A DNA stretch of 64,000 nt from Octopus vulgaris (lineage: Eukaryota): positions 31,806,001 to 31,870,000 of the forward strand of contig OX597826.1 in the NCBI GenBank assembly GCA_951406725.2, written 5' to 3'. Positions 24,597 to 38,540 of this stretch are shown here, in pieces. Made by a program: the position numbers and the translations under genes. Each line of letters opens with the position of its first letter. Position 1 is the stretch's first letter. The notes under the pieces are model-generated. The model was given only the letters and a program-made list of their open reading frames with translations. It did not search any database and was not told the origin of the DNA.

Positions 24597-25942
24597 ATGG
24601 CTGAAAGTGAAGAATATCAACTGAAATCAGAAAAACGTAATTAATCTTATTTTTTTAAGCTTTGGCCTTGTTAAAGACGAATTACTGAAATATTTCATTT
24701 ACTTATTGGAAAATTATTGGTATCTTAAACTGGGAGGTGTTTAATCTATTTTGCCTTAATAGTTTAATACTTGGGTTGTTTGTTATTTACTCTAGTGGAG
24801 ATGCAATGGCCTAGTAGATAGGTCAGCGAACTCGCGGTCGTAAGTTCGCGGTTTCGATTCCCAGACCAGGCGTTGTGAGTTTTTATTGAGCGTAAACACT
24901 TAAAGTTCCCCGAGGCACCGGCATGGTGGTGGTGGCGAACCCTGCTGTATTCTTTCTCGGCAATTTTCTCATACTCTTTCTTCCTGTTTCTGTTGTAACT
25001 GTATTTCGAAGGGACAGCCTTGTTACACTCTATGTCACCCTGAATCTTCCCAAGAACTACGTTAATTTCACGAGAAGGCTGTTCCGCTGATCGGATCAAC
25101 TGGAACCCTCGTCGTTGTAACCGACGGAGTGCCACGAATTTACTTTAAAAAATTTGATTGCCAACCACATTGTTCCGGGTTCAGTCCCACTCCTTGGAAA
25201 CTCGAACAAGTGTCTTCTATTATAGACCTACTAATCAGAGTCACGTGAGTAGATTTGGCTGACAAAAACTGAAAAAAGCTCGTCACATATATATGTATAT
25301 ACGAGGGGTACTGAAAAGTTCCTGGCTTTGGGTAAATGAAAATACCGCAGAATCAGTTAATTATGATTTTATTCAACTTATTTCTCTCTATGATCCATAC
25401 ACTTATTGCTGGAGTCCTTCACTTTTTCTAAGCCCTGTAAAGGAACTCGGAATTCTAGGGCTCCAGCCAGGCCTTTTGTGACCCTCATGCGCTCTTAGGC
25501 TTCGATGTTAGTTGCAAAACCAATCCAATGCATGCCGAAGAAGTGGCTAAAACAGCGCTGATGGAATCACTCGAGGAGTTGTCGGTGATGCCGAGATGAC
25601 CCACGTCTCTGAACCATACGAGAATGTAGTCAGAACGACGGCCTGATATGAAGTGATCGTTATTTCTTTAATCAGATGGTTATTGTTTAAGATTATTTCG
25701 TATAGTCTGCCTAGTACGAGATGGTGCACCCTTTGTAGGGAACTGGTTGAGTGTCAATACTTCAGTCAGCCCGATGATGATGTAAGGGGTGGTATTATTT
25801 TAGAAGTGCGGGTTGATGGACAACTTCTGCATTCTTTAGACTCACATTTCGAGCCGTCTCTTTGTAGGCAACAGTGGCAGTATCGTCTTCGAAAAGGAGC
25901 GGACTTCTATCTCTAACGTAATTTTCTACAATTGAAAGCGAG
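24597..25942 (+). pseudogene. SLC22 relic in duplicate copy A: first exon (24597-24636) and last ~20 nt of an exon 2 (25922-25942)
   Basis: MAESEEYQLKSEK exon identical to 39357; TTTTCTACAATTGAAAGCGAG|GTGAGT matches 53828-53854. Confidence 0.8.
24797..25135 (+). mobile_element. tRNA-derived SINE family 3 (duplicate 39557-39895)
   Basis: TGGCCTAGTAG A-box-like and GGTTTCGATTCCC B box followed by a non-tRNA body. Confidence 0.65.
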
Positions 25943-27245
25943 GTGAGTGAGTCAGTGAGCTAAATGCAGTAAAACAATATATGTAGGGGTGGGGGACATT
26001 GGTAGTGCAGTGGCTAATTCTTTATTTAGCACTTTCATCCATTCACGAGGATTATTCAAAATAAATTTTATAGAAAATTTCTTGGCTTTTATACAAATGG
26101 GGGGAAGGAGGTATGAAAGAGAAAAGAGATAGGAAGTGAGGAGAGGAGGAGAGAGAGGAAGACAGAGAGGACAAAAGAGAAAGCAGAAACGAAGAATGTA
26201 TTTGGAGATGGTCTATGGGGAACAGGTAGAGATAATGCTTAATGACATTTGAAGATGTCAATTTCGTTTTTTAAAGAAAGGGAGAAAAAAAGTCAGAAAG
26301 AAGCACAAGAGGGAAAGAGAAAGAAAGAGAAAGAAAGAGTTCTCTCTTTTGCTTCTTCCTGTCTTCATTTGTGTTCACATATATCTAACGTTTTTTAAAA
26401 TTTATTATTACGTTTTCCTCATCACTTAGTAACTCTTATTTTATCTTCCTCGCTTACTAATGTATACCACCCATCTTTGTTTGTCTGTTTGTTTGTTTGT
26501 CTGTATGTGTCTCTCTGTCTGCCTCTCTCACTCACTCACTCTCTCTCTCTCACTCTCTCACTTTCATTTGCACATAAACAATACGTAAATATATTAACTC
26601 ACTCTTGTAGTCTTTTGCTAGTATCACGTTTCAATTACGGATGCACATTTTCATTGTTGCCCGAACATGAAACCCGATTGTTACATACCTTCATCTTAAC
26701 GCGGTTAAAGATCTTCTCTGTTATGAGACCTTGTCATAGACAAAGCGTAAAAAACATTTTTCGAAATACGTTACGTAATTGTGTAATTCTAGCGCTCAGT
26801 TTTTGCTCCTATATTTATTAACAATATGGTTCCGGTTTCAGTCCCACTGCGTGGCACCTTGGACAAGTGTCTTCTACTATCAGCTTCGGACGGACCAAAA
26901 CCTTGTGAGTGGATTTGGTAGACGGAAACTGAAAGAAGCCTGTCGTATATATATGTATATATTTATGTATGTGTGTGAATGGGTTTGTGTGTCTGTGTTT
27001 GTCCCCCCACCAACATCGCTTGACAACCGATGCTGGTGTGTTTACGTCCCCGTAACTTAACGGTTTAGTAAAAAGGTGACCGATAGAATAAGTACTTGGC
27101 TTACAAAGAATAAGTCTTGGGGTCGATTTGCTCGACTAAAGGCGGTGCTCCAGCATGGCCATAGTCATATGACTGAAACAAATAAAAGAGTAAGCCCTTT
27201 TAAATTTCTTTTAAAATATTTTTAGCATTTCTGATTTCCATATAG

Positions 27246-27390
27246 ATTTTTATTGCTTGCAAATACATGCTTTGCCGTTTGCTGAGTTACCAAAATTTTC
27301 ATACCATCTTTGATAATTTTTTCCCAATTCTTTATTGGATTCAGGCTTCTGGTAATATCGGCATACTATTTAGAAGTTATACATATAATA
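27246..27390 (+). pseudogene. degenerate SLC22 exon-4 relic (duplicate of 55168)
   Basis: Similar to exon 4 (LLANTC...KIFIPSLI...WIQASG) with FGRRP deleted, stop/frameshift and broken donor. Confidence 0.7.
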
Positions 27391-27479
27391 AGTTACTCTC
27401 ACATACATACATACATACATACATACATACATACATACATACATACATACATACATACATACATACATACGTAGATATC

Positions 27480-28330
27480 CGTCGGACAAAGAAATAACCC
27501 ACAGTGTAGTAGAAGCTATAGCCACTCATGATATAAAGGAATACTGGTGGAATACCTCAATAGAATGTAAATACAACAGACCGGATATAGTGATTTTGCG
27601 ATAGGGAAGAGAAATTGTGCACAGTTGTGGAAATTAGCTGCTCAACGGATGTTAATATAAAGCTGAAGATTAGTGAAAAAGAAAATACTTGTGCTGAGCT
27701 ATTGAGAAACCTGCAGTTACTCTACCCAGATTACAAGTTCAGGTTTATACCTGTAATTATTGGGGAACTGGGATTTATAACACACTACCTAGATACCAAT
27801 CTTGATAAATTAGGCTTCTCAAAACCAGAAAGGAGAAAGCTAATTTGAAGACTACAGATCCAATCCATCACTGGAACTCTAAATAGTTTGTTTTCTTTCT
27901 CAATTGAGACTATGTCTGGCTTCCTATTCTGTATTTCGTGGTCATACTGAATCATAAAATCCCACAGAATCTTTGCATTATCATTTTCCATGATGCCTTC
28001 GGGTTTATGGTCGTGCCAATTTTTTGGTCTGTCAAGTCCATACTTGTGCAAAGTGTCCTTGCTATATTGTCGTGGCGTCTCTTATATTCCTTCTGCGCTA
28101 GTGGCGTATACTGCCTCGTAATATGCCATACGGTTTCACCATTTTGTCCACAGATTCTATACTTATCACTTTCTGATGTGTTGTCTATTCTGTATTTTAT
28201 GTAATTTGTTTTTAGTGCTTGCTCTTGGGCAGCAAATATTAAAGCCTCCGTTTCCGGTTTTAAATCCCTTTTAGTCATCCACAGCCTTTTTTTTTCTCTG
28301 ACTGTCTCATCTTCAACATCCCTATGAATC
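27480..28330. mobile_element. two convergent RLE-LINE fragments (shorter duplicate at 55460-56105)
   Basis: + strand RPDIV...VVEISC...FIPVIIG; - strand ETEALIFAAQEQAL, RRHDN, ILWDF, KPDIV. Confidence 0.8.
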
Positions 28331-28343
28331 ATCATCATCATCA

Positions 28344-28387
<44 letters not shown>

Positions 28388-29169
28388 GATTGGAATTCTC
28401 TAGGAAACCTATATCATTAAGGTAATATATTAGAATCATCTAACGGAATATGTCTCTGAATTCTTATCTTATTAGAATTATTTTGGGATTTATATACTAA
28501 CCTTTGAATAACCTCTTTTGAATACCTAACTGTAAGCAAACCGGTAAACTATCGTAGAAACCACCTACTAATTACCAAAGTAATTATTATTGTTATTTAC
28601 CGAGCTAACAAAATGTCTGATTGGAGAAGATAAGTGTTGAAGAATCCTTGAGAGATATTACACGCCGATACAGACATTCACAAGCATAGATTATACATGC
28701 ATATAATCACAGACAGGTCTACATATAAAGCTTAAACATGTGAATATGACATACACATACAGACTCACTCATGCAATTGCGCGCACATATTTTGCAGATT
28801 TCATAAGAAATTTGAAACCACTGTCACCGAGGCAGCAAGCGTATATTTAATAATTATATTAAATCTAGAAGACAGGTAGCAGCAGAGAAACGAATTACGA
28901 ACACAGTCTGATAGATGAATAGAGAACGTTCAGATAGTTGGTTTTTACTCAGGAACTGAACAGGTAAGTAAATATTTCTTTGTTTTTGTAGGAATTCCGT
29001 CTTAATTTGAATGAGTAAAAAATATTACTAAACATGCATGGTATCATTGAGAAAAGTTTTGTCAAATCCACCTTTATTTATTCAAATTTATTCAAAATGT
29101 GACCGCGTGTGTACCGTTGGCGATTTTTTTCCCTCCGCCTTCTCTTCTTTGGATCTTTCCTTTTCTCAT

Positions 29170-29204
29170 GTTTCTGACGAAGAGCTCCGCTCGAAACGTT
29201 AAAC
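29170..29204 (+). ncRNA. minimal hammerhead motif
   Basis: GTTT-CTGACGA-A-GAGC-TCC-GCTC-GAAAC-GTT-AAAC. Confidence 0.6.
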
Positions 29205-29826
29205 CTTCCTTCTTTCCTGAGCGTCCAATAATACTATACTTGTTCCACGTCCTCGCGTGGTTGTGTTTTCTCTTTGTGCTTTCATGTTTGGATTAACTTT
29301 ATTTATATACATCTAAATTTGTATCAACATATATAAAAATGCACTCAAACAGACACACGCACATAAGCATGTACGCACAAACGCATATCGGAGGGCGGGA
29401 CGCTGAAAAGTTTCTGGCTTTGAATAAAAGAAAACAGAGACGGATCAGTTAATTATGATTTTATTCAACATATCTACCACTCAGGCTCACTCACTTTTCA
29501 TTCAACTTTTCTAGCCCCTGTAAAAGAACTAGGACGGTTGGGAATCCAACCAGGTCTTTCGCAATACCCTTAAAAGCAGGAAATTTTCAGCAGACACATG
29601 CTGAAGCAACGTTTTTGTCTGAGAGATGTTGAAAATGACAATCTTTATATTCGTAGGTTGTATTAATCTTTGTTTTTTATTGTTAACCTTACACATGACA
29701 GAGCGTAATGTTTATTAAGTTTAATCTGTTAATAATGATATAATCGACTGGCCCCTTCCCCCAAAATTCCGGGCCTTGTGTCTCGAGTAGAAAAAGATAT
29801 ATACGTATATATATATACATACACAC

Positions 29827-29868
<42 letters not shown>

Positions 29869-30025
29869 CATAATGGATGTCCACGTAGTGGTCATCCCTC
29901 TTATGTGTATGTAATGTTCTTTTTCTGAATCTTCAGATTTTAATATGCTAGATTACTGGTTTTAAATTGATATTAATCAACTTAATATTCAATTTTCCAC
30001 CGTTATTATTTTAAATTTTAAATTT

Positions 30026-30056
<31 letters not shown>

Positions 30057-30059
30057 TAG

Positions 30060-30172
<113 letters not shown>

Positions 30173-30186
30173 TGTGTTTGTGTGTG

Positions 30187-30490
30187 TACAGAACGCAGCA
30201 TGTAATGATCAATAGTGTTCGTTCAGGCAGAGGAAAAGTCATCAATGGTGTCCCACAAGGCAATGCATTAGGCACATTCCTGCTCCTTATCTACATATCT
30301 GACATCATCAGGGTTATTAAATACAGTAATTTTAAAATTTTCGCGGATGACTCTAAGTTTCTGACGGTTGTCAGCAGGGTGGGAAACCGGACAAATCTTC
30401 AATCGGAGATAGTTGCTGTTAACATGCAACTGAACGAGAACAAGTTTGAATTAATCTACTTTGGTTCAGAGGCTGCACTTAAACACATTT
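30187..30490 (+). mobile_element. CR1/L2-like LINE RT fragment
   Basis: GVPQG...LIYISDI...KIFADDSK. Confidence 0.75.
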
Positions 30491-30577
30491 TGATAGCAAA
30501 TATACATCACGATGTCTTGCAGCTACTGTTTATACCTCGCTCAGAGATTTATTATATACATACATACATACATACAT

Positions 30578-30648
<71 letters not shown>

Positions 30649-30666
30649 ATTTTAAGGGCTAAAAAC

Positions 30667-30704
<38 letters not shown>

Positions 30705-32509
30705 TTATGTATACATACATATTTACATATATATGCATACATACATAAATATATACACAGATGTGTGTGCGTGTGTGTATAGGGTTTTAAGACAAGTTCA
30801 AGTCTCATGATTTAGCCCGTCTGCGGCCAAGCTTTCTGATTGGTTGACTGCCTCAATACGTCATTTGCTTATCAAATGTTTTGGTCACTTGCTTTCGTCG
30901 ACTTGTAGTCCAGTGCTTTGCCTGCTTGATTTTCTGTGTATATCATTTTGTTTCTCAAATAACTGGGTCACGTGATTTTGCCTGGTATGTGTCCAGTGTT
31001 CTGATTGGTGGGTTCCCATAGATCGTAATTTGATTTTCTGATCTCTCGGTCCGCTGAATGTTTAATAGCGTCATTTCTTTTCTTTTGCGGGGATCTGTTT
31101 TAAAATCAAATTACAGTTATTATAATAATCATATATTATAATAAACGACACTACCACTACAACTGTTATTATTGCTATTGTATCTTTGTATGGAGTGAGT
31201 GTTTGGGAGCACAGTAACAGGAGTAACAGTAACAGAACAGCAGCAGATATAAGTTACACACAAAAGTTGACGGATTCAGTCTCAACTAAGCAGCTTCGCA
31301 CGGACTACCAGATGCCTGGTATGCTGACTGAAAATGGAGAAAGGTTTTGTTTCTGCCATTGTTAAGGTTAATGCAATTTGGGGAGGGAATTTGTCGATTA
31401 CATATATTCCAGTACACAACTGGTACTTGTTTAACCGACCACGAAAGATTGAATGGCAAAGTCGACCTCGGCGGAATTTGAACTCAGAACGTAGTGATGG
31501 GTGAAATACCTATTTCTTTATTACCCACAAGGGGCTAAACATAGAGAAGACAAACAAGGACAGACAAACGGATTAAGTCGATTACATCGACCCCAGTGCT
31601 TAACTGGTACTTAATTTATCGACACCGAAAGGATGAAAGGCATAGTCGACCTCGGCGGAATTTGAACTGAGAACGTAACGACAGACAAAACACCGCTAAG
31701 CATTCCGCCCGGCGTGCTAACGTTTCTGCCAGCTCGCCGCCTTGCTTTATTCTAAATAATATTCGGAACTAACTGGTTTAGAATATAATAACAGAAAATA
31801 TGTCAAAGACTGCAAGACAGCAACTCAATCCGGAGTAAGTGGTGCACACCAATTCGATAAAAGAAACCTGTCCATGTATACCTGCTAACAATTTCGACTC
31901 TCGAATTAAGCAGTGTGTTGGAATTCTGTTATTTTGTTTTAAACCAGATGTATTTAATGAGCTTTCTGCAACAAGGGAGAACGAGGAGCTTTATGTTCTT
32001 GATTTCGTTTCTGTTTTTATTTTCTCGTTTCATTTTTTGCACCAACCCTCTTCATTTTTTTCCCTATTTTCATACTGCCCAGCGTCCTTGCATATAAAAT
32101 AAATATATAACGCATATACAAAGCTTGAAAGATTATTTTAAGACACATGGCGTATTTCATAAATATTCCTGTTCAAGTATCATAAAAACATGAAACATGA
32201 AACTATTGGTAGCTCTTTCGGTTGCGTATTAAAATACCGGTATGGTATTTTAATAAATTTGTATGACTATAATTCGTTTAAAGAACCAGGTGTATTTGTA
32301 ATCCTCTAACTAATTTTCCTAGATTTATGCTTGCGTAGATGATAGCTTCAATTTTTATCGTATTTTTGCTAGAAATATACTAGAATTTCTCCATCGAAAC
32401 TACGATAAAAAAATCCTTCGTTTTGGATATGGCCATATTGTGAGTAGACGGGAATAACTTTAACTATTCTGTTGACGATTTTCTCTTTTCTTTTCAAACA
32501 TTCTCCTAG

Positions 32510-32617
32510 GAGAACAAAAATGCAAATTTGAAGAGAGATTTCAGAAAACCTGTATTTAGCATGGTTGAATCTATAAAACATCCACTTAAAACGAAAAAAA
32601 GAACTGGAGGATACTGG
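32510..32617 (+). pseudogene. diverged SLC22 first-coding-exon relic (ATG 32561)
   Basis: CTAG acceptor + CAAATTTGAAGAGA...CTGT.TTTA.ATGG aligns with 33550-33605; 3' end runs into a SINE. Confidence 0.55.
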
Positions 32618-33601
32618 TACTTATTTTATAGATGCCCATAAGAGATGAAAGGCAAAGTCAACCTTGGCAGAATTTGAACTCAGAACGTCGAGACGGACGA
32701 AAGGTCGTTAAGCATTTTCCTTCAGTTATAATAATGTGCGACAATACTGGTTAATAGTAATGTTATGTTCCGTATTTTTTTTTTATCGGCTGTGTTGGTT
32801 ATTTTGCTTTCTCTATTATTTCTAGTATTTGAACTCGTAACCTCTTTACAGCTATTTAACTGACCTCTATGAATTTCGAACACGAGAATGAATATTGGAT
32901 ACTTGGAAAGTTTATCTTGCATATCAGAAAGAAAAAAAATATTTAGACTTTATGTAGAGTTCGTGTTGTCAATTTTGCGGTCATTCGTACATTCATTTAA
33001 CAATGTTATTGTCACTAGTTTATTTATATATACGTACTCTACTGATTTACGAAACGTAAAAGTCATTGATCCAAGTCATTTGAAGTAGTACATTGATCGA
33101 ATTCTCAGGTCTGACTTGAAATTATTTAAAAATATACAGTGTTCGCCATTTTCGTCCTCTAATACAATTTTAAAGTATATTGGAACTGTCTCGATGGGTA
33201 AAATAATTCCATTTACATTGATTTTTGACAAATATTAATTCAAGAGAAGTGATATTATCTCTTGTACTAAAGATACGCATTCTCCCAGATATGATAACTA
33301 ACCTTATAATGTATTTATTAATACTGTATATTCTGAACGTTTCATTGAATGCATGATTGATCGTAAAGGATTTTGGAAAGAAAAAAATCTTTCTTATTCT
33401 TGCCAGAAAAACTGAACTTTTAATCCAAAATGACTGATGTCAATGTAATAAACAGCCATATTCTGTATATATCAATATTGTATTACCTGAGTAAACGGGG
33501 TAATTTTTTTTTCATTTCAATGATTTATCTGTTTGAAGTAATCTTTTAGGTAGAAAAATATTACAAATTTGAAGAGAAATTCTAAAGTATCTGTTTTTAC
33601 A

Positions 33602-35531
33602 ATGGCGGAAAATGAAGAATTTCAGCTGGAATCAGAAAAACAAATGACTACAGGTTAGTAATAATACAAATATATGCTTGATAAAGTATTTCTATTTACA
33701 AATTATTTCCATAACTTATTTCTTCAGAAATTCTTGATATTTTAATCCGAGGCATGAATTTGTTTTTGTTCTTGTAAACCGTTTACGATTTTACTTTATT
33801 TAGGGAATGAATAATAAGTTGAAATTTCACATAGTCGATACTAAATTTAAATATTTTGTTTCAACAGACAAAATTGGACTTTATCCCTTCCTAAATATAC
33901 AAGAAATGTGTTGTGCATATCTTTAATATTCCTCCCTACATTGATTGTGGTAAATAAGTAACACCAGGCTGCAGTTGAACATGGTGTGCCATACCTGATG
34001 CTCGCACATTAAAAAATCAAGACAAATCTAGTGATAAAGGCTATAAAACTAAATATAATCCACAGACAGTTGTTAATCAGTTATTTACTTTAGAAAAACA
34101 AACTACTCACGTACTTATGAAGATCATGCGTTTGTGATCAACTATATAACCAATCATTTCATTATATTGAATATTAAAAAAAATATTGTCATAGCTTTCT
34201 TCCTAGATTTTCGAAGTTTTTACATGACCAATGATCTGTTTAACGGATTATTTCTTTGAGGAAAGTGTTGAGAACATACATACAATGAAACAAAAGGTAT
34301 AGTAGTGACACATTTGCATTTTTGTCTTGATATACAGGGTGTTCGGGCTAAGTTACACAGTTTGTATAAAAGGAACAGAAAACAATATCAAGCCCCAAAA
34401 TGAAAAAAAGTATTTAAAAAAAGTAAAATAATATGAATAGTTTATGGTTGAGAGATAATTTACTGAACGTAGCTGCCCTCAGCTTCCACTACAACCTCAA
34501 GATAGCTCTAAATCCTGGTACATACGTTCCTCACCGTGTACCTGGGAAGGTCTTTGAACACCTTGATCTTGGCCAAAACCTTTGCCTTGTAGGCGGAATG
34601 AATGGCATCCTGCTCATTCAGTTGAAAAGTTATCAATTACTATTGTATTATTTAAATATTTATTGAAGGCGGCGAGCTGGCAGAATCGTTAGCACGCCGG
34701 GCGAAATGCTTAGCAGCATTTCGTCTCTTTACGTTCTGAGTTCAAATTCCACCGAGGTCAGCTTTCCCTTTCATCCTTTCGAGGTCGATAAATTAAGTAC
34801 CAGTTGCGTACTTGGATCGGTCTAATCGACTGGCCCCTCCCCCAAAATTCCGGGCTTGTGCCTAGAGTAGAAAATATTGTTTAAACATTTATTGAAGGCG
34901 GTGAGCTGGCAGAATCGTTAGCACGTCGGGCGAAATGCTTAGCGGTAGTTTACAGGGCTTTACACTCTGGGTTCAAATTCCGCCGACGTTGACTTTACCT
35001 TTCATCTTTTCTAGGTCGATATGTTAAGTACCAGTCAATTAGTGGAGTCGATATAATCGACTATCCAACTCCCCACACATTTCAGGCCTTGTTCCTATAG
35101 CAGAAAAGATTATTTAAATATCTATTACATAAAGAGTTATATTATTTTTTTTTTCAGATATGTCTGATAAAGATATTACACATATTTTAGAAAAATGTGG
35201 AACGTTTGGACCTTATCAGCGCTGGTTCTACGCTTATATTACAATAATATGCATGCTATGCACAACGCCGGGTATGAACTTTACATTCATCACTGCAAGC
35301 GTTCCTTTCTTATGTTACCCACCAAACTTTAATGCTTCGTTGATTCCTGCAAACCTTACAGAGAATGAATATTTACAAATGCTTCAACCAGACGGCGACG
35401 ATCAATGTTCTGAATATAACAATAGTTTCACTGGGACATATTATACAACGCCATCAAGTAATTCATCTGAACTACAGTGTTCTTATGGACGGAAATTTCC
35501 GACGGAGAAGTTTTCTTCGGTTGTAAGCGAG
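33602..35531 (+). pseudogene. SLC22-like cassette D: intact exon 1 (33602-33653) and exon 2 (35158-35531), truncated by the end of the duplicate unit
   Basis: Near-identical to gene E exons; two changes at otherwise invariant loop sites (CSVY>CSEY, KFLT>KFPT); no own exon 3 downstream. Confidence 0.75.
34666..35110 (+). mobile_element. two tandem tRNA-derived SINEs (family 1; other copies ~11680-, 12203+, 19420-, 31380-, 32610-, 45300-, 46475-, 57330+, 59195-, 61572+)
   Basis: Head AAGGCGGCGAGCTGGCAGAATCGTTAG (A box), GAGTTCAAATTCC (B box), shared body GTCGACTTTGCCTTTCATCC...AAGTACCAG. Confidence 0.85.
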
Positions 35532-36095
35532 GTGAGTCAATCAATCGACTTTAGTGACGTTGTTAACACTTCTCGTTGACAACTTAAATCTGATCGTTCT
35601 AGGAAATACCAAATTCTGCGTGAAGTGTTAACTTTCAACTAAATAGTCATGATATTATCCAGCTGTCGTTATCTGTGTTTGTTAGCTCTTGGATCTTTTC
35701 TCTTTGAACGACAGATAGAGAAATTAATTTTTTGTAACTAAACACTTTCAAACTTCGGACACTAGTAGAACGTGTCATATAAAACATATCTTACTCTTAG
35801 CGTTGTTGAGAAAAGTTTATATTTTCAAAGTTATTTCGTGTTAAAGTAGTTATATTTCGGTAATTTCAATCAACCAATGACGTGTATTCAGCTGAATAAC
35901 ATTACTGCCGTTGTTTGTCAACAAGTTTCAGGCAAGTGTCTACTGCACCTCCTCTGTGTTGCTGGGGTATGTGCAGCATTGTGTGTTTCCTTTTGCTGTT
36001 GGGAGCGTGCAAACTCCCCCCGGTATTGTATCCCCATTTATGTGAAACCACTTATTCAAGTTCAAATCATTGATGCAATTTTATACGAATTGCTA

Positions 36096-36151
<56 letters not shown>

Positions 36152-37034
36152 ACACACATAATAAGGGTGAAAAATTGAATATTAATTTGATTAATATGAA
36201 TTGAAAACCAGTGGTGTAGCATATTAGACCATAGCGGATCTTCTTCTAGCAAAATGGATGTCCACTGTTAATTTTTCATCCCTGTTATATAATAGTTTCA
36301 CTTTAATAGTTTCAGTATTAAAGTGAAAGTGTCTGTATTACAATAGAGAGACGTTTTTGTTTCACTTTTAACACGTAATACTGAAATAGTGAAGATATGA
36401 TATTGCTGTGGGGCCTCCCTAGGGAAAAAGTGATGATGACACTCCCTGGACCTTAAGTAAGGCATGTGTAAAATTTGAATGAAATTGGTTGTGTAGTTCT
36501 GAAGTTTTAGGGAAACACTCAGATAGACAGACAGACAGACACACATTCTCAGTTTTATATATAGAGAGATATCTTACCACCTATATATTAAAGGAATGCA
36601 GAGGAAATAACTACTCTCGCTCGCCTTACTTTTCACCCGATGATTTTAATTATCAGCTCAGTGTTTTTCTTCTTGTGATAATATGAATCAGTAATTAAAG
36701 TATCAAAACGATAAAATTAGACAAAATGACATCCTGTAGGTGAACCACAAATATCTGAAAATAATTGTCTTGAAATTATTTTCAAAAAGCCACCACCACC
36801 ATTAAAATGAAGGACACGTTGGCTTAATCAATCTTACATTCATTATTTTCTTTCCTTCTCTCTTTTTTTTTAATAAAAAGAAAATTGATGGTCAAGCTAA
36901 AAGCTAAACCTACACCTCAGTAACACCGGAAACTTGACAAGAGAAAAGTTTTGACTTTGGGATGACAAGGAAGTAATAAACTGATGTACTGTAGTATTGA
37001 ATCAATAAACAGCTATCCGCTGCTGTATTTAGAA

Positions 37035-37073
<39 letters not shown>

Positions 37074-37079
37074 TTTATC

Positions 37080-37705
37080 TTAGACGTCGCACAGTATACA
37101 ATATCGTGAGGTTGTTGATTGAAGATATTGTGTTTACCAGGGGTTTGTACTGTTTGTCAAATTAAAACACGGACCTCAGACAAACATTACATTACACAAT
37201 ATGTGTGCAGTTCCAAGTAAAACCGATTTTTGCAATATATCTAGAATCTAGGGTATCTCTAAGGTTTTCAGATGTTTTTTTTTCAGATTGGGTGTTATGG
37301 AACCCAATGCTTCGATGACACTAGGTATAAACTTTATGTTCAACTCTCTTAGCTGTCATATCTTAGCGATCTCAATTCTTAGGTCTCCATATTTATCAAC
37401 GTTTTCTCTTTCTTTCATGATGATATTTTGTTGGGGATATAGCTAAGTGGTAGAGTTTTCGACTATCTTTCGACTATAGATCGAGAAGTCCTCGGTTAGA
37501 ATCCGAGTGTCCCATCCAGTTTCATACCACCAATTTTTTTATAGGCGTGGGAGTGGCTATGTGATAAATAGCTTGCTTCCGAACCACATGGTTCCGGGTT
37601 CAGTCCCACTGCGTGGCACCTTGGAGATGTGCCTTCTACTATAGCCTCGGGCCGACCAAAGCCTTGTGAGTGGATTTGGTAGACGGAAACTGAAAGGAGC
37701 CCGTC

Positions 37706-37791
<86 letters not shown>

Positions 37792-38540
37792 GTGTGTATA
37801 TGTTTGTGTGTCTGTGCTTGTCCCCCCAACATTGGTTGACAACCAATGCTGGTGTGTTTACGTCCTAATAACTTAGCGGTTCGGCAAAATAGACCGATAA
37901 AATAAGTACTAGGCTTACAAAGAATAAGTCCTGGGGTCTTTCAATTATGTTTCTATTTCTTGCCGAGTGGCTTCCGAACACCTAGGGCAGAGAAATGGAC
38001 TCTATACACTGGTAGGCCATTAAAATACACACACTAGATTGTTCATTCACAAAGTCATGTGATAAAGGAAAGAGAATGACAAGGAGAGAAATAAAAAAAA
38101 TAAAATAGTAAACAAATAAAATAAAGTGGAAGGAAAAGGAAAGAATTCACAGCGCCAATGCTCTTCTCCATACATGTGACGTACCAGTTAAGACAAGCTT
38201 TTGCACTTTCTGTATGGATGGTAATCAAGGGATCAATTTTAAATTAATCTAATTCTTTTTTTGATCGTTCCAAGTGCTCCTACAATCTCTGGTATTGTAA
38301 CCGTCTTGAGATGCCACATCTTTTCGATTTCGATTAGCAAATCTTTATATTTTCTGAGCTTATCAAATTCTTTTGCCGAGATATTATGGTCACAGGGTAT
38401 GCTCATGTCAATCAATAAATAGACTTTATTGTTTTGGTCTTTCGCAACAATATCTGGTTTATTTTCTTTGATGGTCTGGTCTGTACATACTGGGAAGTCC
38501 CAAAAGATAGTTACATTTTCTCCCTCAGTTACAGCCTCTT
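37080..38540 (-). mobile_element. RLE-LINE 3' fragments with an intervening SINE (37543-37940)
   Basis: TIFWDFPV...KPDIVAKD...IDMSIP...KMWHLKTVTIP homologous to the 22000 element. Confidence 0.75.
37543..37940 (+). mobile_element. tRNA-derived SINE family 2 with internal microsatellite (copies ~3700, 8380, 10365, 12715, 20990-, 26828, 50770-, 54716)
   Basis: GGTTCCGGGTTCAGTCCCACTGCGTGGCACCTTGG...GTAGACGGAAACTGAAAG repeated across the window. Confidence 0.85.

Noticed and set aside
24797-24875. tRNA-like sequence with A and B boxes (also the SINE heads elsewhere)
   Set aside because: No complete cloverleaf; continues into a repeated SINE body.
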